A DNA stretch of 64,000 bases, taken from a virus. Of the stretch, positions 25,180 through 36,120 are shown piece after piece (the first letter of the stretch is position 1; each line of letters opens with the position of its first letter). A program made the translations under genes and the position numbers. The stretch spans positions 93,714 to 157,713 of IMG/VR virus record IMGVR_UViG_3300043570_001741. One strand, written 5' to 3'. The notes under the pieces were generated by a model. That model was not told where the DNA came from. It did no database searches and saw only the letters and a program-made list of their open reading frames with translations.

Positions 25180-26358
25180 ATGGCACTTTTCTCTTTAACG
25201 GACATAAATTTCAAACCGGACGCTACAAGAAATTTCAAATCATTGAATTCTTATAGTGTCGATAATAAAAGATATCCAATAGACCTTGGCGCAACAGATA
25301 AGGGACACTATATGATGTTTTTTATCAATGTCCAAAGACGAACACAATTTGAAGCTAATTATGATAACTCTGGTCCAATGCCAACAGTTCTTGCCAATGC
25401 TCAGAAAAATAACAATAATACATTGACTGGTGCACTAAGTAATGTGGGTGAAAAAATTAAATCTGTTGTATCATCTTCCATATCAGGCCTTGTAACAAAT
25501 GCTGATAATGAATATGTGAATAAAGCTAGTGATGTTATTGGTCAAGAAATAAATGCTGGCTTTGGTAGATTGAAAGAAGGAAATCTCTTTCGTTCCATTA
25601 AAAGAACGAAAGATACAATTGCCTTGTATATGCCAGACACATTGAATTTTAATTATCAACAGAGTTATTCAGACGTTTCACTAACTGATGCTTTTGGTAT
25701 ACCGGGTGCGCTTGCTCAAGGTGCTGCGGCAGGTTTAGATGCTTACAATGATTATAAAGCAACAGGCAGAGTTAATCTTCAAAACATGTCTCCTTTTGCA
25801 GTTGCAGCTTTAACATCGAAATTTGGTGGTTCTCAAGGACCACTCTTTACTGCATTGACTTCGGCAACTGGTGGTGTGATTGCACAGAATCCACAATTAG
25901 AGTTAATTTATAGTAAGCCACAATTTAGACAATTTAGATTTTCTTTTATGTTCTATCCAAGGAGTCAAAGAGAGGCTAGAGAAGTTATTGACATTATTGA
26001 AATGTTTAAATATCACCAAGCACCAGAATTATTGAATGGTACTTATGGTAGATTTTTAGTTCCACCATCTGAATTTGATATTCAATTCATGTACAATGGC
26101 CAAGAAAATGTGAACATTCCAAAAGTTTCAACCTGTGTACTAACCGGTCTAGATATAAACTATGCACCAACAGGTACTTTTGCAGCTTATGAAACAATTG
26201 ATTCCAACTCACCATCAAAAGGCGGAACTGGTATGCCAGTTGGTATTGGTTTGGATTTGTCATTTACAGAAACCGAAATTATTACTAAAAATTATTACAA
26301 TCCAACACTAAGACAAAACGCACCAAATCAATTTGATATTGCTAATGGAGGTGTTTAA
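25180..26358 (+). CDS. gp48: gp48 baseplate tail-tube cap (start moved from 25126)
   Basis: RYP.DL, I.LYMP, NP..E..Y..P.FR.F.F.F...PRS..EA and L.F.ETE motifs; AGGA SD. Confidence 0.88.
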   Translation: MALFSLTDINFKPDATRNFKSLNSYSVDNKRYPIDLGATDKGHYMMFFINVQRRTQFEANYDNSGPMPTVLANAQKNNNNTLTGALSNVGEKIKSVVSSSISGLVTNADNEYVNKASDVIGQEINAGFGRLKEGNLFRSIKRTKDTIALYMPDTLNFNYQQSYSDVSLTDAFGIPGALAQGAAAGLDAYNDYKATGRVNLQNMSPFAVAALTSKFGGSQGPLFTALTSATGGVIAQNPQLELIYSKPQFRQFRFSFMFYPRSQREAREVIDIIEMFKYHQAPELLNGTYGRFLVPPSEFDIQFMYNGQENVNIPKVSTCVLTGLDINYAPTGTFAAYETIDSNSPSKGGTGMPVGIGLDLSFTETEIITKNYYNPTLRQNAPNQFDIANGGV

Positions 26359-26359
26359 T

Positions 26360-27007
26360 ATGGCAAAATACTTTAAACATTTCCCAAAAGTTTATTATAC
26401 TCCAAACTCCGAAATGGAATCTTTGGATGTTTTAACTAACATCACAACAAGATTTTCTTTTGAACAGGAGTTTAAGAAAAACAGTTCTATTTACTATGAG
26501 TATAGTGTTGAAGATGGTGAAACACCTGAAATTGTTGCTGCTAAAATTTATGGTTCTTCCGAAAAACATTGGATTATTATGAATCTTAATGACATTGTTG
26601 ATCCAATGTATGATTGGCCTCTTACACAAAGAAACGTTATTAAATACATTGAAGCTAAATATTCTGCCAATGCAGCTGCCGGTCAAACAGGTTACGAATG
26701 GGCGGTACAAACCACACATTCTTATTATCGAATTGAAACACAAACAGAACCAGTTTCTGGTATATCTACGATAATTAAAAAAGAAATCGATTCTGCAACG
26801 TATGCTAATGTTGCATCTTCAACAACAACTTATACATTACCTGATAGTAATACCATAACGATTGATATTGGCAAAGAGTTTAAAACATATTATGAATATG
26901 AAGTTGAAGCTAATGATGCTAAAAGGTCAATAAAAATTTTAAAACCTGAATTAGTTGATGTTGTTGAAAAAGAATTTAAACGTGTGATTGCTGATATCAT
27001 TGTATGA
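26360..27007 (+). CDS. gp53: gp53 baseplate wedge protein
   Basis: YF..FP...Y, GETPE.VA.KIYG....HWII...N.I.DP..DWP and YEYE...ND.KR.I motifs; GGAGG SD. Confidence 0.92.
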   Translation: MAKYFKHFPKVYYTPNSEMESLDVLTNITTRFSFEQEFKKNSSIYYEYSVEDGETPEIVAAKIYGSSEKHWIIMNLNDIVDPMYDWPLTQRNVIKYIEAKYSANAAAGQTGYEWAVQTTHSYYRIETQTEPVSGISTIIKKEIDSATYANVASSTTTYTLPDSNTITIDIGKEFKTYYEYEVEANDAKRSIKILKPELVDVVEKEFKRVIADIIV

Positions 27008-28338
27008 ACGAAAACCAATTGCTACAACCTACAGATTTTGATATTCAGAGATTGGATCTGGTAACAAAATTTGGTTCGGTTGATTTACGTGGCATGTTTG
27101 AAGAAATCAACCTGTATGATAGTATGTTGGCACCATGTGCAACCGGCAATATGTTGATTGTCGATGCTATTGGTTTATCACAAAAATTACTATTAGATGG
27201 AACAGAATATTTGTTGGTGGAAATTGACAAGGGTGATGGCCTTTTTCCAATAAAAAGAAAGTATCGTGTTCATAGCCAAACTGATAGAAAGACTATGAAT
27301 CAAACCAGTGAGAGCTATATTTTAAAGTTTTCTTCGGAAGAATTAATTTTCTCTGAGCAACAAAGAGTCAGTCATTATTATGAAGGCACATATACTGAAA
27401 TTATTTTGGCTATCATTAGGGATTATTTAAAACCTGATAATGTAACATTAACTGGTGTTTATGACGCTTCAAATGGTTTGAATAAGGTAGTCATACCAAA
27501 CTTAAAACCATTTGATGCTATTCAATGGTGTGTCAAAAGAGCTTTAAATAATAATTCTAAACCGAATTTCATGTTCTTTCAAAACAATGATGGTTACAAT
27601 TTAAGCACATTAGATACAATTATGTCTAGTGAACCACTTTTAAATTTGACGTTCTCTGTTAAAAACTTGCCCGATGGAACATTAAATGAAGAAATGATTG
27701 GCGTTAGACACATGCAAGTAATGACACAATCAGACTTCATAAAAAATACTAGAGCTGGTGTATATTCTGGTAGTGTTGTTGGTTTTGATCCAGTAACTAG
27801 AACGTTGAAAAAAACAAATTACACCTTCAATGATATATACGAAGGTTCGGCTCATGCTAATCCAAATAGAATTGTAGCAAAATCTCAAACGAAGTATGGT
27901 AATAGTAACTATGATATGAATAACTCCAGAAAAATATTTTATTTGGATACAACTGAGCGACAAACTACTGCATACATTAATGAAAATGATCCAGAGCCTT
28001 TGCAGAATCAAGACACTCCTCAACAATACATTTTTCAACGAGAATCAATTCTGCAAAATTTTGTGAGTCAACGATTAAGACTGGTTATTCCTGGTAACTT
28101 TGCGGTAACATCTGGAAAAACATTGTATCTAAATGTACCACGTAGAGGTTTTGATTCAGATGATACAGATAATTTTGATATTACGTTAAAGGGCAAATAC
28201 GCTATTTTGGCTACAAGACATATGATACGACATAATAGGTTTGAAACCATTGTGGAAGCGGTAACAGATTCAACCGAAAGACCTGAATTTACTGCAAATC
28301 AGCAGGAGATGGATAAACAAATGGAATCGTTTAAGTAA
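27004..28338 (+). CDS. gp27-like baseplate hub protein
   Basis: Size and position between gp53 and gp5; IPN.KPF.AI.W, PGN.....G and G.Y.I...RH motifs. Confidence 0.7.
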   Translation: MNENQLLQPTDFDIQRLDLVTKFGSVDLRGMFEEINLYDSMLAPCATGNMLIVDAIGLSQKLLLDGTEYLLVEIDKGDGLFPIKRKYRVHSQTDRKTMNQTSESYILKFSSEELIFSEQQRVSHYYEGTYTEIILAIIRDYLKPDNVTLTGVYDASNGLNKVVIPNLKPFDAIQWCVKRALNNNSKPNFMFFQNNDGYNLSTLDTIMSSEPLLNLTFSVKNLPDGTLNEEMIGVRHMQVMTQSDFIKNTRAGVYSGSVVGFDPVTRTLKKTNYTFNDIYEGSAHANPNRIVAKSQTKYGNSNYDMNNSRKIFYLDTTERQTTAYINENDPEPLQNQDTPQQYIFQRESILQNFVSQRLRLVIPGNFAVTSGKTLYLNVPRRGFDSDDTDNFDITLKGKYAILATRHMIRHNRFETIVEAVTDSTERPEFTANQQEMDKQMESFK

Positions 28339-29456
28339 TGAAGACAGAATATAAACAACACCAAGGTATGTACCATGGTATCATTGAAGATATTGATGAC
28401 CCATTAAAACTGCATCGTTTGAGGGTTAGAGTTATTGAAATACACGATGATGATAAACAAAGAATTCCAACTACAACGTTGCCGTGGTTTCAGCCATTAT
28501 TTGCAGTAAACAATTCTGATAAAGCTTCTGCACCTAAACTTGGTGATTGGGTTTTGGTGTATTTTCCTGATCCTGATTCTGCACAATTTGGTTATGTGAT
28601 GGGTGTAATTCCTGGTATTGTATCTGAAGAAGAAGTGCCAGAACTTGTGGTAACAGCAAAAAGACCAGTTAAACCGGCCGGTGATCCAGCGGGAAATGTA
28701 GGTTATCCCTCAACTGCACCAACAGGTAGAAGTGTTGTCACGGGCACTGGTGTTGATAGAACAAACAACAAACTTATTCACGTTTGTGATATTACAATTG
28801 AAACGGACCGAGTTGTTGGTGCTGTAACAAGACAATTTAGTGAAGTTGTTGCTGCAATTAAAGCTGCAATAGCTGCTTTACTGAAGACTCTTGGAGCTAC
28901 AGATAGGTCTGGCGAAGTTTTGAAACTTACTGAAATTGCTAAAAATATTGCAAGAGAAATAAAAAAAGTTACTGATTTTATTAAAGACATTAATCAAACA
29001 ATTGCCGGTTATTTAAAAATTGTTGCAAAGATTAGAGCAATGATTGCATACATCTTAAACTTGCCTGCAAAATTATTAGCAGAATTTCAACAATGTTTGG
29101 CTAACTTATATAAATCATTACTTGCTGGTTTTACAACAGGTTTTGCTGATATTGGTTTAGTTTCTGATTTAAAAGAATTGGCCACTGCTGTTAATGAAGT
29201 TGGTACTGAAATTGCGGAAGTTGCTAAACAAGGTGCTATTTTGGCCAGTACACCACAACAATTAGGTGCAGTTCTTGTGGCACCATCAAGTGCGGCCGAC
29301 ATTAAAGCATCTGAAACCGCATTTACAAATTACATGGCATCACCTACAGCATATAGTTCATTGGTGCCATCTACATCGTCTTTGACAGCATCAACAGAAG
29401 CAACAGCTATTTCTAATGCTAATATCACAGACCCAACTAATGCGAAACTGGCTTAA
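28338..29456 (+). CDS. gp5: gp5 N-terminal OB-fold protein with helical extension
   Basis: GIIEDIDDPLKL.R.RVR...H, LPW and P..GDWV...F.D...AQ...VMG motifs. Confidence 0.8.
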   Translation: MKTEYKQHQGMYHGIIEDIDDPLKLHRLRVRVIEIHDDDKQRIPTTTLPWFQPLFAVNNSDKASAPKLGDWVLVYFPDPDSAQFGYVMGVIPGIVSEEEVPELVVTAKRPVKPAGDPAGNVGYPSTAPTGRSVVTGTGVDRTNNKLIHVCDITIETDRVVGAVTRQFSEVVAAIKAAIAALLKTLGATDRSGEVLKLTEIAKNIAREIKKVTDFIKDINQTIAGYLKIVAKIRAMIAYILNLPAKLLAEFQQCLANLYKSLLAGFTTGFADIGLVSDLKELATAVNEVGTEIAEVAKQGAILASTPQQLGAVLVAPSSAADIKASETAFTNYMASPTAYSSLVPSTSSLTASTEATAISNANITDPTNAKLA

Positions 29457-29461
29457 ATAAT

Positions 29462-30271
29462 ATGGCAATTACTAATGAATATTCTCCACCAGATTATAGT
29501 TGGAGACAAAGAGAGTCTGAGGCTTCGGTAGAAAATCCTCCAAAGTATCCTGACAATAACGTTACACAAACAAAATCGGGACACTTATTTGAATTGGATG
29601 ATACGTTTGACCGTGAACGTATCCGCATTCACCACAGAACAGGTACATTCATTGAAATGCATTCTAATGGTGATGAGACACATAAAATCGAAGGCGATGG
29701 TTATGAAATCATTGCTGGTAACAAATACGTACACATTACTGGATTTTGCAACATCACTATTGAAGGTGATGCTATTGTCAATATTAAGGGCAATAAAACA
29801 GAATTGATTGAAGGCAATTTGAATCAAGTTGTTAAAGGTGATTACACACAAGTTGTTAAAGGTGAATCTAGAATTTTAGCCGATGGTAACATGACTGTTG
29901 GATGTGGTTCTGATTTTCTTGGTTCTCTGAGGTTAGTTACTGGTGACCACATGAGACTTGAGGGTGACCTATCAGTTAATGGTGGTATCTCCGCAACAAA
30001 CATTACGAGTGAAAATTGGGTTGCAGCTGGCGTGGGTGTAAATGCAGGACCATCCGGTTTTGTTTCTATACTTGGTGGTTTAGCTGTAGGTTTTCCAATT
30101 GCTATTCCAGGTTCTGTGACTGCTGCTGTGCAAGTTAAAGCACCACTTGGTTCATTTGGCACAATGTCAGCCGTATTGATGACTGATATGATTAATACAA
30201 AAATATTTGACACACATATTCATATGGCTAAAGGTCCAACTTCTCCACCAATTTCTGGTCCAATGATTTAA
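29462..30271 (+). CDS. gp5 C-terminal beta-helix spike protein
   Basis: YP.N.V..T.SGH.FE.DDT...ERI...HRTGTF.E, VxG repeats, terminal HxH. Confidence 0.85.
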   Translation: MAITNEYSPPDYSWRQRESEASVENPPKYPDNNVTQTKSGHLFELDDTFDRERIRIHHRTGTFIEMHSNGDETHKIEGDGYEIIAGNKYVHITGFCNITIEGDAIVNIKGNKTELIEGNLNQVVKGDYTQVVKGESRILADGNMTVGCGSDFLGSLRLVTGDHMRLEGDLSVNGGISATNITSENWVAAGVGVNAGPSGFVSILGGLAVGFPIAIPGSVTAAVQVKAPLGSFGTMSAVLMTDMINTKIFDTHIHMAKGPTSPPISGPMI

Positions 30272-30281
30272 GGAATATATT

Positions 30282-31139
30282 ATGGCTTCTTTGTTTTCCC
30301 GATTAAATTATAACTACGTAGATACCAATTCAGTTATTAGTGAATTATCTACTGAAGTGAGAACGACACTAGATTCTATGCCGAAGATGTTGACTTCTTG
30401 GCAAGCTGCTGATTTAGCTAATAATGATACTGGTGGTTACTTTATTAATCCTTGTGCTAATGTGACAAGTAATATTTGGAGTGTATCTAATAATTTGGTG
30501 AATGTTACAAGCTCACTACAAGGCTCAGGTAATTTGACTGGTCTGTGGACTCATATTCGTAGCACTTTTGCTTACATCAGTAATAGCGCAACCGGTAACA
30601 CACAAGCTGGTGACTTCCTTGCTCACACGAACAGAATTTCAGGTGTAACTTCTATAACAGTATCATCTGACCAAGGTGTTGCAAATTTACCACATTATGA
30701 GACTGCCGTTCAAACAGGCAAAGCAGTAGTCTCATTAATTTACCAAACAGAAGGTGTATCCAACAATGCACCAATTATGGGCAACTTTACGAGCTTGTTT
30801 GTGGCTAATGATTTGATATCAATCTATAATACTGTGGTCACATATGCAAATACGATTAACAGTAGTATTTCGATTTCAGGTTCTGGTAGCGAAATGGATC
30901 CATTCATTAGAACTTCCAATCTGACATTCAACACAGTAAATGCCATAGCAACCACAGCTAATTCTGCTAACTCCATCTTCTATGACCGCAGAGTCCATGA
31001 TGAGCAGTTTTATAAGAATTCGTTAAGTATTCTTACAGACTACAAAAAGGCTCGTGGTGTTGGAAGTACAGGTCAAACAGAAGACTTTTTAATTAAAAAT
31101 TATATTGGCTCAAGTAAACTATTATATAGGATAGGTTGA
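30282..31139 (+). CDS. Hypothetical structural-region protein
   Basis: TAAGGA SD; Ser/Thr/Asn-rich; lies between gp5C and gp25. Confidence 0.7.
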   Translation: MASLFSRLNYNYVDTNSVISELSTEVRTTLDSMPKMLTSWQAADLANNDTGGYFINPCANVTSNIWSVSNNLVNVTSSLQGSGNLTGLWTHIRSTFAYISNSATGNTQAGDFLAHTNRISGVTSITVSSDQGVANLPHYETAVQTGKAVVSLIYQTEGVSNNAPIMGNFTSLFVANDLISIYNTVVTYANTINSSISISGSGSEMDPFIRTSNLTFNTVNAIATTANSANSIFYDRRVHDEQFYKNSLSILTDYKKARGVGSTGQTEDFLIKNYIGSSKLLYRIG

Positions 31140-31146
31140 ATAAATA
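31139..31146 (+). promoter_or_regulatory. Late promoter variant AATAAATA
   Basis: 4 nt before the gp25 ATG. Confidence 0.55.
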
Positions 31147-31150
31147 GAAA

Positions 31151-31555
31151 ATGGCAATAGGAATAACCACAACCGTAAGAGAATATCGTGACTTGGATTT
31201 GAATTTTAAGATTCATCCAATCAGGAAAGATATCAATAAACATACTGCTGAGATGGCGGTAATCAATTCCATTAAGAATTTGGTACTGACTCAGCATTAT
31301 GAAGTGCCTTTTCAACCAGAAATTGGTTGTAATATCCAAAAGTTACTATTTGAGCCTTTGGATCCAGTATCGGCAACTCTCATTCAACGTGAGATAACGC
31401 AAACAATTCAAAACTTTGAGCCTAGAGTTAGTGTCTCAAAGGTACAAGTATTTCCAGATTATGATAAGAATGGTTTTAGGATTGCGATGGAATTTTTCAT
31501 TGTCAACAGAACCGAACCAGTAACAATACAATTTTTCTTAGAACGAGTACGATAA
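31151..31555 (+). CDS. gp25: gp25 baseplate wedge protein
   Basis: Y.DLDL.F..HP...D, SIKNLVLT...E.PFQP.IG and I..FEPRV motifs. Confidence 0.95.
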   Translation: MAIGITTTVREYRDLDLNFKIHPIRKDINKHTAEMAVINSIKNLVLTQHYEVPFQPEIGCNIQKLLFEPLDPVSATLIQREITQTIQNFEPRVSVSKVQVFPDYDKNGFRIAMEFFIVNRTEPVTIQFFLERVR

Positions 31556-33607
31556 ATGGCACAAAATCGTTTACAGGTAACAGACCTTGATTTCGATACA
31601 ATCAAGACCAACCTAAAATCATTCCTAAAACAACAAACTGAATTCCAAGATTATGATTTTGAGGGTTCTGGTTTAAATGTTTTGGTTAATCTTTTAGCTT
31701 ACAATACACACTATAATGCCTACTATCTAAACATGGTTGCCAACGAGGCATTCTTAGATACTGCCCTGTTGCGTGATTCTGTGGTTTCTCATGCCAAGAC
31801 ATTAGGCTATGTGCCTTATTCTAAAACTGCACCTACAGCAACTATCAACCTAACAATCAATAGTGGTAACACAACATTGGATACATTAACTATTCCAAAG
31901 GGATATGTTTTTAATTCTAAGTTGGTAGATAAACGTATTTTTGGTTTTGTGGTTATGAATGGCGTTACTGTCACAAAATCTGACACCAGTTATTACTTTG
32001 AGAATTTAGAAATCAAAGAAGGCCAGTTATTGAATTACACTTTCAATTATGATGAGAGTGCTAATCCAAAGTCAATATTTACTTTGCCTGATATGGACAT
32101 TGATACATCCACAATTACTGTATCAGTAAATCCATCCACAAGTAATACATCAACCACAGTTTATAACAAAGTGACGGATATTTTGGATGTTGGCGCTGAC
32201 TCTGCCGTATTCTATTTGCAAGAATCTAAAGGCGGAAAATATCAAATCTATTTTGGTAATGGAACTGTTGGTCGTAAGATTGAAGATGGTTCTGTAATTT
32301 CAGTTGGCTATTTGTCAACAAACGGCACTTTAGCCAACAAGGTTGATGGTTTCGGAATGTCTTCTGCCATTGGCCCTTACAGTACCGGTGTAATTCAAGT
32401 TGTCTCTGTTGCAGCTGGTGGCTCAGATAGAGAAACAGTTGATGAAATTAAATCAGCATCACCAGTTCAATTTGCCACGCAGAATCGTTTAGTTACTAAG
32501 GTGGACTATGAGTCCTACATTAAGAAGAATTATCCAAGTATTGATTCATTATCAGTATGGGGTGGTGAAGATGAAATTCCACCAATCTATGGTAAAGTTT
32601 TGATTTCTTTGAAACCAAAAGAAAACTACTATATCACAGAATCAGAAAAGACAAGAATTATCAATGAGATTATTAAACCAAAGGCCATTGTTTCAGTTAG
32701 CGCTGAAATTCGTGACCCCGAGTATTTGTATTTGATTTTAAACTCGGTTGTGAAATATGATGATAGAAAAACATCTCTTAATGAAAACACATTAAGAACT
32801 CTAATCAGGAACGGAATCATTGGTTACAAAAATACTTACCTTAATAAATTTAATAGTGTTTTCGCTCTCTCGAAATTACAAGACGAAATTGACAATGTTA
32901 GCTTCAATGGTATCATTGGTTCAGAAACGATTGTTAGATTACAAAAAAGATTCCAACCAGAAGTAGGAACAACGTCTAATTATACTATTAATTTTGGTGT
33001 TCCACTACATCGTGGCACAATCACAAACAGAATGACCTCATCGGAGTTTACTACAGTTGATAATAGTGGTGTTAGTCGTACTGCTGTCATTGAAGAAATT
33101 CCACAATCTTCAACCGGCATTTCTTCTATCGAAATTTCAAACGCAGGCTATGGTTTTCAAACTGTGCCAACGGTAACAATTACTGGAGATGGCGTAGGTG
33201 CAACAGCTGTGGCTGTAATCCAAAATGGTAGAATTACTGAAATCAAAATGACAAATCGTGGCTCTGACTATAGCCGTGCAGTTGTTACTATTACAGGTGG
33301 TGATGGTTATAACGCTGCAGCATCGGCTGTAATCGATACTAAAGTTGGAACAATTAGAACAATTTATTACGATAGTACCGCCAATAGGCAAGTTATAAAT
33401 CCAAGTGTAGGTACAATTAATTACTCAACTGGTATTATTACAATCAACGATTTAAGAATTTTAGCAGTTGCTACTTCAGATGGTTTAATTCGTTTGAGTA
33501 TAGAATCTGAATCTGGTATTATTGAATCGATTAGAAACACTATTATTACTATTGATGAAACAGACCCATCAGCAGTTGCTACGCAATTATTAAAAGTTAA
33601 TTCGTAA
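31556..33607 (+). CDS. gp6: gp6 baseplate wedge protein
   Basis: LDFD.IK.NLK.FL, DYDFEGS, LAYNTHY, QNR.VT..DY and WGGE...PP.YGKV motifs. Confidence 0.95.
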   Translation: MAQNRLQVTDLDFDTIKTNLKSFLKQQTEFQDYDFEGSGLNVLVNLLAYNTHYNAYYLNMVANEAFLDTALLRDSVVSHAKTLGYVPYSKTAPTATINLTINSGNTTLDTLTIPKGYVFNSKLVDKRIFGFVVMNGVTVTKSDTSYYFENLEIKEGQLLNYTFNYDESANPKSIFTLPDMDIDTSTITVSVNPSTSNTSTTVYNKVTDILDVGADSAVFYLQESKGGKYQIYFGNGTVGRKIEDGSVISVGYLSTNGTLANKVDGFGMSSAIGPYSTGVIQVVSVAAGGSDRETVDEIKSASPVQFATQNRLVTKVDYESYIKKNYPSIDSLSVWGGEDEIPPIYGKVLISLKPKENYYITESEKTRIINEIIKPKAIVSVSAEIRDPEYLYLILNSVVKYDDRKTSLNENTLRTLIRNGIIGYKNTYLNKFNSVFALSKLQDEIDNVSFNGIIGSETIVRLQKRFQPEVGTTSNYTINFGVPLHRGTITNRMTSSEFTTVDNSGVSRTAVIEEIPQSSTGISSIEISNAGYGFQTVPTVTITGDGVGATAVAVIQNGRITEIKMTNRGSDYSRAVVTITGGDGYNAAASAVIDTKVGTIRTIYYDSTANRQVINPSVGTINYSTGIITINDLRILAVATSDGLIRLSIESESGIIESIRNTIITIDETDPSAVATQLLKVNS

Positions 33608-36111
33608 TGTCAGATTTTAAAAATTCAATTCTTGTAAATCAACAAGTACCCGAGTATGTTCGGGAAGAATATCCATTATTCGTAAACTTCTTAGAAGCTT
33701 ACTATGAGTTCCTTGAAACTAAACAAGGAACCCAACAGAATGATTTAGTTACTCAGGCCAAAAACTTACGATATATTTCTGACGTTGATGATTCAATTGA
33801 TGCGTTTGGAGAAAGTTTCGTATCAAATTTTGCAACGCTTTTGCCGCAAGCAGAACAGATTGATAAAGCATTTTTAATTAAGAATGTTCTTCCATTGTAC
33901 CTATCAAGAGGTAGTGAGAAGTCTTTCAGTTTGTTGTTTAGAATTCTTTATGGTGAAGAAGTTGAATTTACTTTGCCAAAAGACAATATTCTTAGAGCAT
34001 CCGCTGGCGATTGGGTTGTTGAGAATGTTCTTAGAATTGACAATGATGTATATACCTCTTATGTTGGTGATGGTGAAACCACCACATTCTATTTGGCTCA
34101 GCAAGCACTTATAACAGACCTTCGTGTGTATGAAAATGGTGTTTTGTTGAATAGTGGATATACTGTACGTAAAGAAACTAAAAAGTTAATCTTTTATACC
34201 GCACCGCCAGTTGGCATGGTTATCAAAGTATATTATCCAAGCTTTGACTTTGACGCATTTAATTCCAGAAGAATTATTGGTACAACATCTGGTGCCAGTG
34301 CAATTGTTGAACGTGCCGCACCAAGGTTGATTACACAACAAACAGCAATTGAATTATACATCAATACCAAGAATTTAGATGGCACATTCCTAAATGCTGA
34401 AGAAATTACCTGTGAGATTATTGGTGATGATGGAACAACATTAATCACCATTGGTTCTAACACCATCTCTACTGTTAACCTAATCAATGTTATCAATGGC
34501 GGCGCAAGTTACAATATTGGCGACCAAGTTCCAATTAATGGTGGTGGTTTTACAACCAGAGCAGAAGCTGTAGTTGATTCTATTTCAACAGGTTTTGTGG
34601 ACGTAATGAATGTCCGTTTTGGTGGTGCAGGATTCCAATCAGGTGATGATTTTAAAGGATTTGGTCCAGGTGGCACAGTTGTTACTGGTGCGATTAATAC
34701 GGTTGACACAAGCGGTACACTTAGTCCAAACACATTCACCTTGTTTACTGATGTTATCTCGACATATTCTAGTATACAACTTTCAAATACAGATTATGGA
34801 TTTCCAGCTAATGTAATTCCAACTGGTGAAAATGCAAGTACAAGAATTGTTGATGCGTTGTCCAGAACAACATTGACCTCATTAGGTCCAATCACCAATG
34901 TATCCATTCTTTCATCAAATTCATCAAGTAATACTATAACGTATAATGCTAATAGTCCTTTGGCTATTGCTAACACAAACGTTAGATTAAAAGACTTTGG
35001 TTCTTTAGGTAGAATCAGAATTAATGCTGGCGGCCAAGGTTATAAAAAAGGCGATGAAGTTGTCTTTGGTGCAAACCCACCATCAACAACAGGTGCAGGT
35101 GCTGCAGCTGCGGTAACTAACGTCAGTTCAACTGGTGCAATTACTAGGATTGAATTTGGTCCTTCCAGAATTCCAGGTACCGCAAACGCATCATCTGGTG
35201 ATATTATAGTTACTGGTACTGGAACAAACTTCACATCTGATTTGTTCGTTGGTGACCAGATTATGATTAATTTGGAAGCTCGTTACATTAACAGTATCAC
35301 ATCATCAACATCATTCAATGTCAACGTAGCATTCACTAAAACATCCACATTTGCAAAAGTTGGTGTATATGACCGAGATTTAATTGGTGGCCAAGGTTAC
35401 GTACAAGACAATTTCCCATCTATTACCATTTCTTCTGCAAACACATCAGCTGTAAATGCTAACGTGGAGATTGTTTCTATTATGGGTGACTCAGAGCTCA
35501 TTAGTGGTAACACATCTACAGTTGTTGGCCAGATTCAATCAATTCGTGTTACTGACACCGGTTCAGGTTATGAGTTTTTGCCTGCGGTTGATTTATCACA
35601 GTCTGGAGATGGAACTGCGACTGCTGAGGCCGTAATTGAAAGGTCTTATGTTTCATTCCCAGGTAAATGGAATAGTTCAGAAGGTATTCTGTCCTCATTG
35701 GATAGAAAACTTGAAGGCCTAAACTATTACACGGACTTTGTTTATGTGACATCCGTACAAGTTGAATTCTCTAAGTATAGAGAGATTTTAAAAGGATTGT
35801 TACACCCAGCTGGTTTCAAACAGTATGCTGAATATCCAATTAACAGAACTATTGACACAAATATTAGTTTGTCTTCGGATAAACAAGTTTCTGTTTCCGG
35901 CAGAGTCAATGTCAATAGTTCAATTCACGTAACAGGTACTTTGACCAAATTTGTTACGGCCAACAGTCGTGGCATTCTAACAGTTGGTTCAAACATCTCT
36001 GTAAATAATCAAATCAGAACAGTTAATGCTATTACAAGTAATACATCTTTAACTGTATCCAGTGCATTTACAACCAATGCCAACTCACAATCTTTGATAA
36101 TTGTAACATAA
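33607..36111 (+). CDS. gp7-like baseplate wedge protein
   Basis: Q.PE.VRE.YP.FV.FLEAYYEFLE, LY..RG.E.S...LFR.LY and L.HPAG motifs. Confidence 0.8.
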   Translation: MSDFKNSILVNQQVPEYVREEYPLFVNFLEAYYEFLETKQGTQQNDLVTQAKNLRYISDVDDSIDAFGESFVSNFATLLPQAEQIDKAFLIKNVLPLYLSRGSEKSFSLLFRILYGEEVEFTLPKDNILRASAGDWVVENVLRIDNDVYTSYVGDGETTTFYLAQQALITDLRVYENGVLLNSGYTVRKETKKLIFYTAPPVGMVIKVYYPSFDFDAFNSRRIIGTTSGASAIVERAAPRLITQQTAIELYINTKNLDGTFLNAEEITCEIIGDDGTTLITIGSNTISTVNLINVINGGASYNIGDQVPINGGGFTTRAEAVVDSISTGFVDVMNVRFGGAGFQSGDDFKGFGPGGTVVTGAINTVDTSGTLSPNTFTLFTDVISTYSSIQLSNTDYGFPANVIPTGENASTRIVDALSRTTLTSLGPITNVSILSSNSSSNTITYNANSPLAIANTNVRLKDFGSLGRIRINAGGQGYKKGDEVVFGANPPSTTGAGAAAAVTNVSSTGAITRIEFGPSRIPGTANASSGDIIVTGTGTNFTSDLFVGDQIMINLEARYINSITSSTSFNVNVAFTKTSTFAKVGVYDRDLIGGQGYVQDNFPSITISSANTSAVNANVEIVSIMGDSELISGNTSTVVGQIQSIRVTDTGSGYEFLPAVDLSQSGDGTATAEAVIERSYVSFPGKWNSSEGILSSLDRKLEGLNYYTDFVYVTSVQVEFSKYREILKGLLHPAGFKQYAEYPINRTIDTNISLSSDKQVSVSGRVNVNSSIHVTGTLTKFVTANSRGILTVGSNISVNNQIRTVNAITSNTSLTVSSAFTTNANSQSLIIVT

Positions 36112-36114
36112 ATA
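36107..36114 (+). promoter_or_regulatory. Late promoter CATAAATA
   Basis: 6 nt before the gp8 ATG. Confidence 0.65.
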
Positions 36115-36120
36115 TAGTTC

